From Pelomyxa schiedti (Eukaryota; Protista; Evosea): a stretch of DNA of 61,705 nt. A program made the translations under genes and the position numbers. The notes beneath the pieces were generated by a model that saw nothing but the letters and a program-made list of their open reading frames with translations, had not been told where the DNA came from and did not search any database. Positions 61,481 to 61,705 of the stretch are shown here, piece after piece; position 1 is the first letter of the stretch; each line of letters starts with the position of its first letter. The stretch is taken from NCBI GenBank assembly GCA_020536535.1, contig JAHLWZ010000099.1, forward strand, positions 1 to 61,705. The letters are read 5' to 3'.

Positions 61481-61705
61481 CAAAAATAAAATAAAAAAAG
61501 GTGAACAGTAGATTTCGGCATTGGAGCAAACAAGAAGCAGTTTTATACCGAATTAGTGAAATTCACCAGCTCACTCTTCCTTCAACCTTCACACAGGAAG
61601 TAATTTGGGCTGTAGGCAATGGCAGGTTCTTGAAAGGTAACCATTTACAGCCAGGTGAAATATAACTTAAGAGTAGGGAACGCAGTTGTTCTGATGCTAA
61701 GGTTG
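61481..61705. repeat. Terminal inverted plus direct copy of 60369-60591 (probable chimera)
   Basis: 61481-61589 is the reverse complement of 60483-60591; 61585-61705 equals 60369-60489; ACCTT microhomology at the switch point. Confidence 0.92.

Noticed and set aside
1-61705. CRISPR arrays, tRNA/rRNA, transposase or reverse transcriptase genes, AT-AC introns
   Set aside because: None was recognisable by eye; the junctions I checked were all explained by GT-AG or one GC-AG.

Overview
Gene-dense eukaryotic protist DNA read with the standard genetic code. It holds about 22 protein-coding genes, most broken by many short (~35-60 nt) GT-AG introns, so the ORF track shows only exon fragments. The gene content (Roco kinase, Rab32, ADP1-type ABCG) and an N-terminal 'QFLAFAM..HPRCG..SPAR' motif suggest an amoebozoan, possibly a Pelomyxa-like archamoeba; this is inference. 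Genes in order: hypothetical protein, EamA transporter, nicotinamide riboside/uridine kinase, SAC3/GANP, membrane protein, secreted GH63-like hydrolase, PP2C with an RS insert, divergent Ran, M19 dipeptidase, TAPT1, Rab32/38, CTDSPL2-like phosphatase, ankyrin protein, P4-ATPase, a small tandem-domain protein, Sds3, ABCG, a SPRY protein, a large Roco kinase, RhoGAP, C2-RasGAP and a Kelch-F-box-Ras fusion. The one large intergenic gap (32.5-33.8 kb) holds a candidate RNase MRP RNA and a 22-bp perfect inverted repeat. Two inverted-plus-direct duplications (38.9-40.0 kb and the last 225 bp) look like amplification/assembly chimeras. Best leads: the RS-domain PP2C, the Kelch-F-box-Ras fusion, the SAM domain nested in the Roco RhoGAP-like region, the MRP candidate, and relaxed splice signals with 7-12 nt microexons. 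All exon structures were reconstructed by hand and no database search was run.
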